In this document: positions 14,306 to 27,296 of the stretch, piece after piece | How positions within the stretch are numbered: position 1 is the first letter of the stretch | Layout of the letters: each line of letters starts with the position of its first letter | Assembly: GCA_950097015.1 (NCBI GenBank) | Contig: CATNEN010000024.1 | Span: 2,604,001-2,668,000, forward strand | Origin: Macrostomum hystrix | Taxonomy: Eukaryota; Animalia; Platyhelminthes | DNA: 64,000 bases | Reading direction: 5' to 3' | Position numbers and translations under genes: made by a program | The notes under the pieces: model-generated | Database searches by the model: none | What the model was told of the DNA's origin: nothing | What the model saw: only the letters and a program-made list of their open reading frames with translations

Positions 14306-14805
14306 CATGCATCTTACTTGGCACACTAAACCCAAGAGCAAAATATATAAGAAAGGAATCCAATATAATCTATAGCGCGGTGTCTCCATCATTTTCCATT
14401 GCCAAGGCCAGAATCATTGCAAGCAGCCATAGTAAACGCGCGGCAGAAGTGAGAGGCAAACCAACACGCTCCATTGGATCCTCCAGGTGAACTGGACTGG
14501 AAAGCATTATGATAATGAGGAGATCGGCTCCGAAATGCCGTCATATCCGGGCTTGAAGCTACGAACGTCTAAAACTTCCCAAACACTTCCACTTGGCTTT
14601 TTTTCTTAATAACTCGAGCGCAGGCCGGCAGATTAAATCGCCCAGAGTTTTCAGCGGTTGATTAATGACTCCCCACGCCTATGCTGGATATGCATTAAAG
14701 CCTTTGTATGCCGAAGATTTCATACGCAGATGCGGGGACCTCGACACGCGCTGTTGAACACTTGGCGTGGGGCTGACTTAGCCAGATTTGCCGCTCTGCC
14801 GCAGT

Positions 14806-16415
14806 TCCCCTCACTGTACTCCTCTTGCCCTCACTCTACTCCTCTTGCCCTCACTCCACCTCTCTTGCCCTCACTCTACTCCTCTTGCCCTCACCCCACC
14901 TCTCTTCCCTCACTCCACCTCTCTTCTGCTCACTCCACCTCTCCTTCCCTCACTCCACCTCTCTTCCCCTCACTCCACCTCTCTTCTGCTCACTCCACCT
15001 CTCTTCCCCTCACTCCACCTCTCTTCTGCTCACTCCACCTCTCTTCCCTCACTCCACCTCTCTTCCCATCACTCTACTCCTCTTGCCCTCACTCCACCTC
15101 TCTTCTGCTCACTCCACCTCTCTTCCCTCACTCCACCTCTCTTCCCCTCACTCTACTCCTCTTGCCCTCACTCCACCTCTCTTCTGCTCACTCCACCTCT
15201 CTTCCCTCACTCCACCTCTCTTCTCCTCACTCCACCTCTCTTCTCCTCACTCCACCTCTCTTCTCCTCACTCCACCTCTCTTCTCCTCACTCCACCTCTC
15301 TTCCCTCATTCCACCTCTCTTCTGCTCACTCCACCTCTCTTCCCCTCACTCTACTCCTCTTGCCCTCACTCCACCTCTCTTGCCCTCACTCCACCTCTCT
15401 TCTGCTCACTCCACCTCTCTTCCCCTCACTCCACCTCTCTTCTGCTCACTCCACCTCTCTTCCCTCACTCCACCTCTCTTCTGCTCACTCCACCTCTCTT
15501 CTCCTCACTCCACCTCTCTTCCCTCATTCCACCTCTCTTCTGCTCACTCCACCTCTCTTCCCCTCACTCTACTCCTCTTGCCCTCACTCCACCTCTCTTG
15601 CCCTCACTCCACCTCTCTTCTGCTCACTCCACCTCTCTTCCCCTCACTCCACCTCTCTTCTGCTCACTCCACCTCTCTTCCCCTCACTCTACTCCTCTTG
15701 CCCTCACTCCACCTCTCTTCTGCTCACTCCACCTCTCTTCCCTCACTCCACCTCTCTTCTCCTCACTCCACCTCTCTTCTCCTCACTCCACCTCTCTTCT
15801 CCTCACTCCACCTCTCTTCCCTCATTCCACCTCTCTTCTGCTCACTCCACCTCTCTTCTGCTCACTTCACCTCTCCTTCCCTCACTCCACTCCTCTTGCC
15901 CTCACTCTTCTCCTCTTGCCCTCACTCTTCTCCTCTTGCCCTCACTCTTCTCCTCTTGCCCTCACTCTACTCCTCTTGCCCTCACTCTTGCCCTCACTCT
16001 ACTCCTCTTGCCCTCACTCTACTCCTCTTGCCCTCACTCTACTCCACTTGCCCTCACTCTACTCCTCTTGCCCTCACTCCACCTCTCTTCTGCTCACTCC
16101 ACCTCTCTTCCCTCACTCCACCTCTCTTCTCCTCACTCCACCTCTCTTCTCCTCACTCCACCTCTCTTCCCTCATTCCACCTCTCTTCTGCTCACTCCAC
16201 CTCTCTTCTGCTCACTTCACCTCTCCTTCCCTCACTCCACTCCTCTTGCCCTCACTCTACTCCTCTTGCCCTCACTCTTGCCCTCACTCTACTCCTCTTG
16301 CCCTCACTCTACTCCTCTTGCCCTCACTCTACTCCACTTGCCCTCACTCTACTCCTCTTGCCCTCACTCCACCTTTCTTCTCCTCACTCCACCTCTTCCC
16401 CTCACCCCACCTCTT
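14806..16415. repeat. 19-20-bp pyrimidine-rich tandem array (CCCTCACTCCACCTCTCTT)
   Basis: Unit read directly. Internal block duplication visible (CTCACTTCAC variant at 15861 and 16211). Confidence 0.95.
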
Positions 16416-17436
16416 CTTTGTCTCTTTGACTCTCCTAAAACGGAAAGCAAGATATGGTAATCAAATAGATCACAATAAAGCATTCTAATTCCCTAATATG
16501 GTATTTGAAGAAGTGCACTTTTAGCCACAGCCAATTATCGTAATATTGCTTGGATGGAACTTTGACTGACAGTCGGGCTTACAAAAGACAATATGAGTAT
16601 ATGGATCACAAAACGGAGGAATTATAAGAATATTCGTTATTGAAAGATGAAAACAGCAGATGGCCTAAAACAGAGATTTCCCAATTCAATATTTTTTATA
16701 CACTAAGATAGGCAATAGGGATATCCACCAGACACTCTGGTAAGTTATCCCCACCGAGAGAAAGAAAAGGTTATATTGGAAAAAACAAAGCTTCTGGTTT
16801 TGCTAAATTGAATGATACAACAAAACACTTATTTTACATACACACAGACACATCTATATTTTCGATGGCAAAGATTTTAAATGCAATGTTATCTCATTGC
16901 TAGATCATCGGTGAAAACTCTTTGTTGCCTTTTCTCTCAATAGCACAGATTTGATATTCTGCCAGTCATTGCTAATACCTCTTTATATATAAAGATGTTA
17001 TCAAGTGGTCCTATAGGACTGCAACTACTCACTGGTCACAGATCAGTGCTTTTCAAATGTTCCGCTTAAAAATCGAACCTATAATACAAAACTATAGTCA
17101 TCGGTATACGGATATTATAGCGTTTGATTATCTTCTTTTCTCGCCAGGTTTTGTCCTGCTTTCTGTACATGTTGCATGTAGGCAATTAAAATGCAAAGAA
17201 AACAATGAGTGAGTAATTTGCATAATTTAATGCTATAATATGGCATGCGTAATACCAAAATCTGTTGAGGAAAAGTGATCATCAAACTGCCCTGCTTTTA
17301 ATGCACAATCTACATGTGTTTTTTGAGAGAAAGGGTTAACCGGAATTAATTAGGGGAGATTAACGACTTTATCACGACCCATGAGTGGCGAGACAAAAGT
17401 TACTCCCAGACGGATGGCATGATTTCAGTTTCATCT

Positions 17437-18331
17437 CCAGGAATTCAGGTGTCATCATTCTTGAATAATCTTCAAGAATTCAGGTGCTATGATTCCCGAA
17501 TCATTTCCTGGAATTCAGATGCTATGATTCCCGAATCATTTCCTGGAATTCAGGTGCTATGATTCCACAATCATCTCCTGGAATTCAGGTGCTATGGTTC
17601 CACAATCATCTCCTGGAATTCAGGTGCTATGATTCCACAATCATCTCCTGGAATTCAGGTGCTATGATTCCACAATCATCTCCTGGAATTCAGGTGCTAT
17701 GATTCCACAATCATCTCCTGGAATTCAGGTGCTATAATTCCCGAATCATTTCCTGGAATTCAGGTGCTATAATTCCCGAATCATTTCCTGGAATTCAGGT
17801 GCTATGATTCCCGAATCATTTCCTGGAATTCAGGTGCTATGATTCCTGAATCATTTTCTGGAATTCAGGTGCTATGATTCCACAATAATCTCCTGGAATT
17901 CAGGTGCTATGATTCCACAATCATCTCCTGGAATTCAGGTGCTATGATTCCACAATCATCTCCTGGAATTCAGGTGCTATGATTCCCGAATCATTTCCTG
18001 GAATTCAGGTGCTATAATTCCCGAATCATTTCCTGGAATTCAGGTGCTATGATTCCCGAATCATTTCCTGGAATTCAGGTGCTATGATTCCCGAATCATT
18101 TTCTGGAATTCAGGTGCTATGATTCCACAATCATCTCCTGGAATTCAGGTGCTATGATTCCACAATCATTTCCTGGAATTCAGGTGCTATGATTCCCGAA
18201 TCATTTCCTGGAATTCAGGTGCTATGATTCCCGAATCATTTCCTGGAATTCAGGTGCTATGGTTCCAGAATCATCTCCTGGAATTCAGGTGTTGTCATTC
18301 TTGAATAATTTTCAGGAATTCAGGTGCTATT
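17437..18331. repeat. 35-bp tandem array, about 25 units
   Basis: Unit GGAATTCAGGTGCTATGATTCC(C/A)(G/C)AATCAT(T/C)TCCT; two main variants. Confidence 0.95.
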
Positions 18332-19659
18332 ATTCCCTGAATTCAAAAGGCCATGATCCTTAATTAGCAACAAAGTTTTAGGGGATCATGAATGTAAGAT
18401 GACTGTATGAGCTTTGCAATGGTAGTATATAATTATAATATGAGTATCATACAAAGCTTTGCATAATTTCATATTATTAAATAAGGGTTACAGCTGCAGA
18501 GAGACGTGAATGTGAGAGATATACCGTATTCAATATAACAAAAAGAATTTTAGCTATTAGCTATAATAGCATGCGGTGCAGACAATGAATAAAGAGGCCA
18601 ACTGACCACCCTATACCAGTCCTCCATAGCTATAATACGACTGTCTGACTTTATATTCAGCTGGCGGTATCATCAGAGGACTTGCGGGCCCGGCTGTCAG
18701 AGAGACAGAGCGGAAAACGCGCAAGTAACAGTATATAGCAACGACACATAGCAGCAGCCCCAGGGACGGGCTATTGTTGTGCCTGGGGTTGGCCCTGGCA
18801 GAGGATCCCAAGTTGGCGGCTTCCGTCTGTTATTAAGCCTTGACTCCTCCAAAAGATCCCTACAAAAAATGGCTTTACAATAGCTAGACATTGAAGCGGC
18901 GAACAAAATGCTAATCCCACAAAAAATAATTAGGCCAGTGCAGTGACTGCATGTTTTTCTGTGAGAGCTTTGCCAGTCAATGATATCCCACCACCTATAC
19001 CACTCCATGAAGTTTTTCCTGCCCACTAAGTCCTACCAGAGATAACAGATTCACTCGGAACGTGGTTGGACGAGACCGCCGGACCTCGCTGGCCTCTCAT
19101 TGGCTGCTCATTCGGCTAGACAACCTCCCCCCGCCTCCCTCGCGTCAGGGGGTGGGTTGTCCGGGCCCTGTCAGTTCAACCCTCAATAAACTTGAGAGGG
19201 CTCCGCCCCACCCCCGCCAGCCCCGCCAAAGCCTATTTCTTTCTCTTTCTCTCTCTCCCCCTTACCCTTCTCTCGCGCGCGTCTCTTTTTAAAAGCCGGC
19301 GGACAGGCCGCGTCAAGAACGCCAAGTAAAAATTTTACATTTTATTACACATTTTGACAGTTGGGCCAGCCCCCCGCACTCTCTCTATCTGCCTCTTTTC
19401 CTCTCCTTGTCCTCGTCAATAATAATTAACCTTGGTGCCTTGGCCGAAGCCGAGCCGGACCCGAAGCTCACTCTCGCTTAGTAACCGCATTGTACTGCGC
19501 CTTGGTCCGCCATCATCAATCTGCCTGAGCTGACAGCTGAAGCCATCATCAACAGGGTGAATACGTCACCGCCTCTACTCTCTCTCCCTTTCTGTCCTGT
19601 CACACTCGGCCCCAAGCGACAAGTCGGCAAACTCCCCGGCCGCATAAAGTATTTTTGAA

Positions 19660-19680
19660 ATGTCGGCGCAGCAACAACGC
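19660..19680 (+). CDS. hth: homothorax/Meis exon 1 (MSAQQQR)
   Basis: ATG followed by a GTAAGT donor at 19681, phase 0. Resembles the short MAQR/MAQPR first exon of Meis/Hth, which is also followed by Tyr. Confidence 0.8.
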
Positions 19681-19788
19681 GTAAGTTAGATTACTATATA
19701 TCAGTTTAGATTTGCTAACAAATTAATCTAAGCTGACAACGCGAGCGCAGCGGACGCCTATAATTTAGTGTTCCCAATCCCATTCCAG

Positions 19789-19979
19789 TATGCAGCTGCT
19801 GAAGCTGCATCAGCTGCAGCGTCTGCTTATTCAACGGCTGAGGGAGCCGGCGGTCATTCGCCCGCGGCAGCGGCGGCTTCAGCGGTGTACAGCGCTGCAG
19901 CGCCTGGCAGCTTCGCGTCGACTTCATCAGCTTCGGCGGCATCCGAGGACTCCAAGAAGGGACGCGATCAGATTCACAG
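19789..19979 (+). CDS. hth: homothorax/Meis exon 2 (YAAAEAAS...DSKKGRDQIH)
   Basis: TTCCAG acceptor, GTGAGC donor, phase 2. Ends at the start of the MEIS-A domain (cf. KRDKDAIY). Confidence 0.88.
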
Positions 19980-20280
19980 GTGAGCTCATGACAGGCATTT
20001 GCAAATGTTCTATTTAGTCATGGCCTTCTGATCTCATAATCGGACTTTTATACACAGAATTTGCTTAGCACTGCACCGGTCCTCCTTAATACATTGAACA
20101 TCAACAGTTATCGCACCCTATTAACTAAGTAAGGACCTCCTGATGCTATAGATTGATGCCTAAATAGAAGAGGTTAATATGCTACATATACTAGGAACTT
20201 ATAATATGCCTATCTAAATAGCTATATAGCTGTAGCTTATGTGTTTGCCCAAGTATGAGTATTAGCAATTGATAATACTC

Positions 20281-20282
<2 letters not shown>

Positions 20283-20312
<30 letters not shown>
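20283..20312. repeat. (GCT)10 microsatellite
   Basis: Read directly; lies in hth intron 2. Confidence 0.9.
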
Positions 20313-20313
<1 letters not shown>

Positions 20314-21631
20314 CTATACTTCCTATAAATACAATCACTGCTCGAGCTTGTTGATCAAAGATCTGCTCTCGATCTATACCTTGACTTTGAGTAAGATGGT
20401 GATAACAGTTGGGAGATTTGGGATGCCAAATATAGTAGCGAAAGGTTAGTCAGAATCGTTAAAGTTAATAACGTTAACTGAGGCCTGTATTATATGCAAT
20501 ATTAAGTAAATTTAACAAGCGTAGCTATAGTGCACTTATCTATATGTAATATATCATTTATAGGGCATTTTTCTGCTCGAACAAAATTCTAGCTGATAAG
20601 ACCCAATAAATACGAGTATATAGATTTAATCCAAAAGCAATTAATAAACTGACTGCCCGCGTGGCATCTCAACAGGTGTCAAATTTTATAATTGCCTCTG
20701 AGCAATTAGAAGAGCATATTATAGCTTCTGAGGTGGGTGTTGGTATAGATACAACAGTTGGAGACAAATTAATAACGACCCGTGCAGTTTTTTATTGGCT
20801 AATTCCTTATCGATATATATATATAATCGATTAATACAACTGCAGGTTTCTGGAAAAAAAATCATAAATCCCGCTAATATTATAAATTTTTCTTTACTTC
20901 TGAATTATTTTTCCCATGCCTAAAAGTTAAAATGAGAACTATAAGAAAGGTGCAGTATGTAAGTAAAGGATTTGGAATAATTCCTATAGCCTATAATTCC
21001 TAAATGGGCCTAAATTTATCATAATCTTAAACAAGAGTCAAGGAGCATAGCGAGCTGCATGGGTCCTATATACACATATATGACCTGCATAATTCAGTTA
21101 GGGTACACATGGGCAGAGCAAACTAACTGACTCCAGAGTGGTTTGACCAATCTGTAAACACAGGATCAGACTCTAAGGCTCTCCCAAAATGTGTATAATC
21201 TTCAACCTATGCCATTCGCCAGTGTTTGCATCCGGGTGCAGGCAGGTTAGAGCATTTTCGATTCTTTGAAGAGAGTTGCTATATTTTAATTCCACTTTCC
21301 AATATACCCTGTTATAGACTATATGTGAGCGTTTTTCCGTTGATCCTCAAATTCTAATTAAACCCGATTTTCCCGGATCGCTTATTTATTCCCCAATTGC
21401 TTTTCCCCATTCAACAATGTCAACATTCAACAATGAGTAAAACTTGTATAAAGTTTCTTTCTAATTTATACAAGAAAGATTTAACTAAAAGAAAACTTGG
21501 CTTGCTTTAGTAAAAAATAGATTATATTCTGCGTGTGTTGGGCCTTGCGGGACGAAATCTGAAAGACGACAGACGCTAAATATTAAAGACAAATTAGATG
21601 CGGGATAGGGGAGAGTTGGGATTTAGGTGAG

Positions 21632-22760
21632 AGAAGAGACACGGGAGAGATGAGATACTGGAGAGAAGAGACACGGGAGAGATGAGACACGGGAGAGATG
21701 AGACACAGGAGAGATGAGACACGGGAGAGATAAGACACATGCAGGAGAGATGAGACACGGGAGAGATAAGACACATGCAGGAGAGATGAGACACGGGAGA
21801 GATAAGACACATGCAGGAGAGATGAGACACGGGAGAGATAAGACACATGCAGGAGAGATGAGACACGGGAGAGATAAGACACATGCAGGAGAGATGAGAC
21901 ACGGGAGAGATAAGACACATGCAGGAGAGATGAGACACGGGAGAGATAAGACACATGCAGGAGAGATGAGACACGGGAGAGATAAGACACATGCAGGAGA
22001 GATGAGACACGGGAGAGATAAGACACATGCAGGAGAGATGAGACACGGGAGAGATAAGACACATGCAGGAGAGATGAGACACGGGAGAGATAAGACACAG
22101 GCAGGAGAGATGAGACACGGGAGAGATGAGACACGGGAGAGATGACACGGTAGAGATGAGACACGGAAGAGATGAGACATGGGAGAGATGAGACACGGTA
22201 GAGATGAGACATGGGAGAGATGAGACACGGGAGAGATGAGGCACGGGAGAGATGAGACATGGGAGAGAAAAGACACGGGAGAGATGAGACACGGGAGAGA
22301 TAAGACACATGCAGGAGAGATGAGACACGGGAGAGATAAGACACATGCAGGAGGGATGAGACACGGGAGAGATAAGACACATGCAGGAGAGATGAGACAC
22401 GGGAGAGATAAGACACATGCAGGAGAGATGAGACACGGGAGAGATGAGACACGGGAGAGATGAGACACGGGAGAGATAAAACACATGCAGGAGAGATGAG
22501 ACACGGGAGAGATAAGACACATGCAGGAGAGATGAGACACGGGAGAGATAAGACACATGCAGGAGAGATGAGACACGGGAGAGATAAGACACATGCAGGA
22601 GAGATGAGACACGGGAGAGATGACACGGTAGAGATGAGACACGGAAGAGATGAGACATAGGAGAGATGAGACACAGAGATGAGACATGGGAGAGATGAGA
22701 CACGGACGAGATGAGACACGGGAGAGAAAAGACACGGTATAGATAAGACACATGCAAGGT
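21632..22760 (-). repeat. 16-bp/36-bp composite array, reverse complement of the 13.5 kb family
   Basis: GAGAGATGAGACACGG monomer alternates with GAGAGATAAGACACATGCAG to give a 36-bp dimer; lies in hth intron 2. Confidence 0.95.
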
Positions 22761-23722
22761 GAACGGGAGAGACACAGGAGAAATGGATGTAAGGAAAAAT
22801 ATATATTGGGGAGAAGAAAGGGGAGAAATTATTGCTGTTAGGAGCAGAAGATAGGAAGAAAAAGTAGGCCATATTGAAAGTGTGGCTAGTCGCAGTTAGC
22901 CAACAAACTCGAGTGCTTTAAAACAATTATTATCTGGAAGAATCTTTAGGATCTGCATTTTTGCTCTCTATCTCTCTCCTAATTATGTTTGTCACCAGGG
23001 CGACAATACTCGTATACTTGTTTCAATGAGACTTGCCACTTCAATGCCACTTTTCCAACTTAAAATCTATTGAGATTCCGTTTCTGTAAACATTTATCCC
23101 CCCCTTTCAAGCTGCATGTAATAGCGGGTCGGTGGCTGAGCATGAAAGCTTATATTAATGAATGCATCCCGAGATTTTGGGGATAATATCCCTTCCACGA
23201 AGTAGAGTTTAGCGCCCTGTGCTTGACGCCATAGCGATGCATCGGGATTAATCAGACAAATGGCATCCCCACCCCATTAATGCTTTAGCTAGCCTATGCA
23301 GCCAAAACTTATTTATCCCAAATAGGGATTCAGCAATCCATCATGGAGACTGCAGCAATTTCCAACCCCTGCCTCGGTGACTCTAATCCATATAGGGGAA
23401 AAGGGGAGAAGGAACTGCAGCGGAACAGTTCACTGTGCAGCATTTGCCGTTTCTAAATAAATGACTTATTGTCCAAAACTGCCTGCTCAAAGACTTATCT
23501 GTATAGAACCTGTATAGCGGCTATATATTCACGTAATGCCATTGTTTCAACTATCTATTTTGTCCCTCACACTAAATAATATGGTTGGGGGGTATAGCCC
23601 AGGCATAATTTATTGCCCTGCAGTGTCGCTAATGTTGGTCCAAATGCTTCATTCTGAATCCTTTATTATTTATATATAGCTGCGTATATAGGATGCAGCC
23701 GTAGCGATAATTATCTGTTCAC

Positions 23723-24910
23723 CTATCTATCTATCCAGCTATCTATCTATCCAGCTATCTATCTATCCAGCTATCTATCTATCCAGCTATCTATCTATCC
23801 AGCTATCTATCTATCCAGCTATCTATCTATCCAGCTATCTATCTATCCAGCTATCTATCTATCCAGCTATCTATCTATCCAGCTATCTATCTATCCAGCT
23901 ATCTATCTATCCAGCTATCTATCTATCCAGCTATCTATCTATACAGCTATCTATCTATCCAGCTATCTATCTATCCAGCTATCTATCTATCCAGCTATCT
24001 ATCTATCCAGCTATCTATCTATACAGCTATCTATCTATCCAGCTATCTATCTATCCAGCTATCTATCTATCCAGCTATCTATCTATCCAGCTATCTATCT
24101 ATCCAGCTATCTATCTATCCAGCTATCTATCTATCCAGCTATCTATCTATCCAGCTATCTATCTATACAGCTATCTATCTATCCAGCTATCTATCTATCC
24201 AGCTATCTATCTATCCAGCTATCTATCTATCCAGCTATCTATCTATCCAGCTATCTATCTATCCAGCTATCTATCTATCCAGCTATCTATCTATCCAGCT
24301 ATCTATCTATACAGCTATCTATCTATCCAGCTATCTATCTATCCAGCTATCTATCTATCCAGCTATCTATCTATCCAGCTATCTATCTATCCAGCTATCT
24401 ATCTATACAGCTATCTATCTATACAGCTATCTATCTATCCAGCTATCTATCTATCCAGCTATCTATCTATCCAGCTATCTATCTATCCAGCTATCTATCT
24501 ATCCAGCTATCTATCTATACAGCTATCTATCTATCCAGCTATCTATCTATCCAGCTATCTATCTATCCAGCTATCTATCTATCCAGCTATCTATCTATCC
24601 AGCTATCTATCTATCCAGCTATCTATCTATCCAGCTATCTATCTATCCAGCTATCTATCTATCCAGCTATCTATCTATCCAGCTATCTATCTATCCAGCT
24701 ATCTATCTATCCAGCTATCTATCTATCCAGCTATCTATCTATCCAGCTATCTATCTATCCAGCTATCTATCTATCCAGCTATCTATCTATCTATCTATCT
24801 ATCCAGCTATCTATCTATCTATCTATCTATCCAGCTATCTATCTATCTATCTATCTATCCAGCTATCTATCTATACAGCTATCTATCTATCCAGCTATCT
24901 ATCTATCCAG

Positions 24911-24955
<45 letters not shown>

Positions 24956-25166
24956 CAGCTATCTATCTATCTATCTATCTATCCAGCTATCTATCTATCC
25001 AGCTATCTATCTATCCAGCTATCTATCTATCCAGCTATCTATCTATCTATCTATCTATCCAGCTATCTATCTATCTATCTATCTATCCAGCTATCTATCT
25101 ATCTATCTATCTATCCAGCTATCTATCTATACAGCTATCTATCTATCCAGCTATCTATCTATCCAG

Positions 25167-25211
<45 letters not shown>

Positions 25212-25322
25212 CAGCTATCTATCTATCTATCTATCTATCCAGCTATCTATCTATCCAGCTATCTATCTATCCAGCTATCTATCTATACAGCTATCTATCT
25301 ATCCAGCTATCTATCTATCCAG

Positions 25323-25367
<45 letters not shown>

Positions 25368-26192
25368 CAGCTATCTATCTATCTATCTATCTATCCAGCT
25401 ATCTATCTATCCAGCTATCTATCTATCCAGCTATCTATCTATCCAGCTATCTATCTATACAGCTATCTATCTATCCAGCTATCTATCTATCCAGCTATCT
25501 ATCTATCCAGCTATCTATCTATCCAGCTATCTATCTATCCAGCTATCTATCTATACAGCTATCTATCTATCCAGCTATCTATCTATCCAGCTATCTATCT
25601 ATCCAGCTATCTATCTATCCAGCTATCTATCTATCCAGCTATCTATCTATCCAGCTATCTATCTATCCAGCTATCTATCTATCCAGCTATCTATCTATAC
25701 AGCTATCTATCTATCCAGCTATCTATCTATCCAGCTATCTATCTATCCAGCTATCTATCTATCCAGCTATCTATCTATCCAGCTATCTATCTATACAGCT
25801 ATCTATCTATCCAGCTATCTATCTATCCAGCTATCTATCTATCCAGCTATCTATCTATCCAGCTATCTATCTATCCAGCTATCTATCTATCCAGCTATCT
25901 ATCTATCCAGCTATCTATCTATCCAGCTATCTATCTATCCAGCTATCTATCTATCCAGCTATCTATCTATCCAGCTATCTATCTATCCAGCTATCTATCT
26001 ATCCAGCTATCTATCTATCCAGCTATCTATCTATCCAGCTATCTATCTATCCAGCTATCTATCTATCAGTATCTATCTATCCAGCTATCTATCTATCTAT
26101 CTATCTATCTATCCAGCTATCTATCTATCTATCTATCTATCCAGCTATCTATCTATACAGCTATCTATCTATCCAGCTATCTATCTATCCAG

Positions 26193-26241
<49 letters not shown>

Positions 26242-26452
26242 CAGCTATCTATCTATCTATCTATCTATCCAGCTATCTATCTATCCAGCTATCTATCTAT
26301 CCAGCTATCTATCTATCCAGCTATCTATCTATCTATCTATCTATCCAGCTATCTATCTATCTATCTATCTATCCAGCTATCTATCTATCTATCTATCTAT
26401 CCAGCTATCTATCTATACAGCTATCTATCTATCCAGCTATCTATCTATCCAG

Positions 26453-26497
<45 letters not shown>

Positions 26498-26672
26498 CAG
26501 CTATCTATCTATCTATCTATCTATCCAGCTATCTATCTATCCAGCTATCTATCTATCCAGCTATCTATCTATACAGCTATCTATCTATCCAGCTATCTAT
26601 CTATCCAGCTATCTATCTATCCAGCTATCTATCTATCCAGCTATCTATCTATACAGCTATCTATCTATCCAG

Positions 26673-26744
<72 letters not shown>

Positions 26745-26754
26745 ATATCTATCT
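23723..26754. repeat. 16-bp (CTAT)3CCAG array with (CTAT)n expansions, about 3 kb
   Basis: Read directly; lies in hth intron 2. Confidence 0.97.
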
Positions 26755-27154
26755 AGTCAGTGAGTGTTTTGCTTTTATATACAATAATATATTTATCTTT
26801 GTTTTAAATGTTCAAATCTGTGGACAGACCAAATTATATACAACGGGGTTTGTGAGGGGGGAATTTTCATACTGCAGCTTTCCCATCCCTATTGTATATA
26901 CGCAGTTACGTGGTATGGGCTTGTAGATTGTATACACACATACACAGCACTCTGGTGACAGCAATATAACATCACAAAATAGTAAATAAAGGTGCTGTTA
27001 TAAGGTTTGTGTCAACCGTTTAAACGCCTGTCGTTCAGAAACGCCTGTCCTTTTGTACGTATCTGTATATATGATAGCAATTAAGAATCCCACAGATTCA
27101 TTTGATGAGGATCAAGCGCACACTTGAAAGCCATAATTCCCAACCATTCCGCAG

Positions 27155-27296
27155 CCATCCGCTGTTTCCGCTGCTCTGTCTGATCTTTGAAAAGTGTGAA
27201 CTGGCCACCTGCGCTCCGCGCGACCCCTCCGTGCCCGGAGGCGACATCTGCAGCAGCCAGAGCTTCGAGCAGGACATCGCCGAGTTCGCCAGAGAG
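27155..27296 (+). CDS. hth: homothorax/Meis exon 3 ([18 protein letters not shown]...DIAEFARE), MEIS-A domain
   Basis: Near-identical to the Meis/Hth HM domain motif. CCGCAG acceptor, weak GTTTGA donor, phases 2 to 0. Confidence 0.95.

Larger units (their letters stand above)
18694..19994. promoter_or_regulatory. Probable hth/Meis promoter and 5' region with six TGACAG motifs
   Basis: GC-rich region with CT tracts around the ATG at 19660. TGACAG/CTGTCA at 18694, 19168, 19355, 19531, 19597 and 19989. The TSS cannot be placed from sequence. Confidence 0.45.

Noticed and set aside
14370-14474. 34-aa minus-strand ORF resembling a signal peptide (MERVGL...LLWLLAMILALAM)
   Set aside because: It ends in a stop with no splice donor and no downstream exon was found. 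Short hydrophobic ORFs arise by chance.
13476-16488. Overlapping 260-600-aa ORFs in the 13.5 and 14.8 kb arrays (likewise 21.6, 37.7, 45, 49, 50, 53.4, 56.2 and 58.4 kb)
   Set aside because: Several frames are open at once over low-complexity repeats. These are translation artefacts, and several lie inside introns of real genes.
18611-19026. Two short minus-strand ORFs divergent from the hth promoter
   Set aside because: No recognisable domain, different frames and no convincing splice structure. A divergent lncRNA cannot be excluded, but there is no evidence for one.
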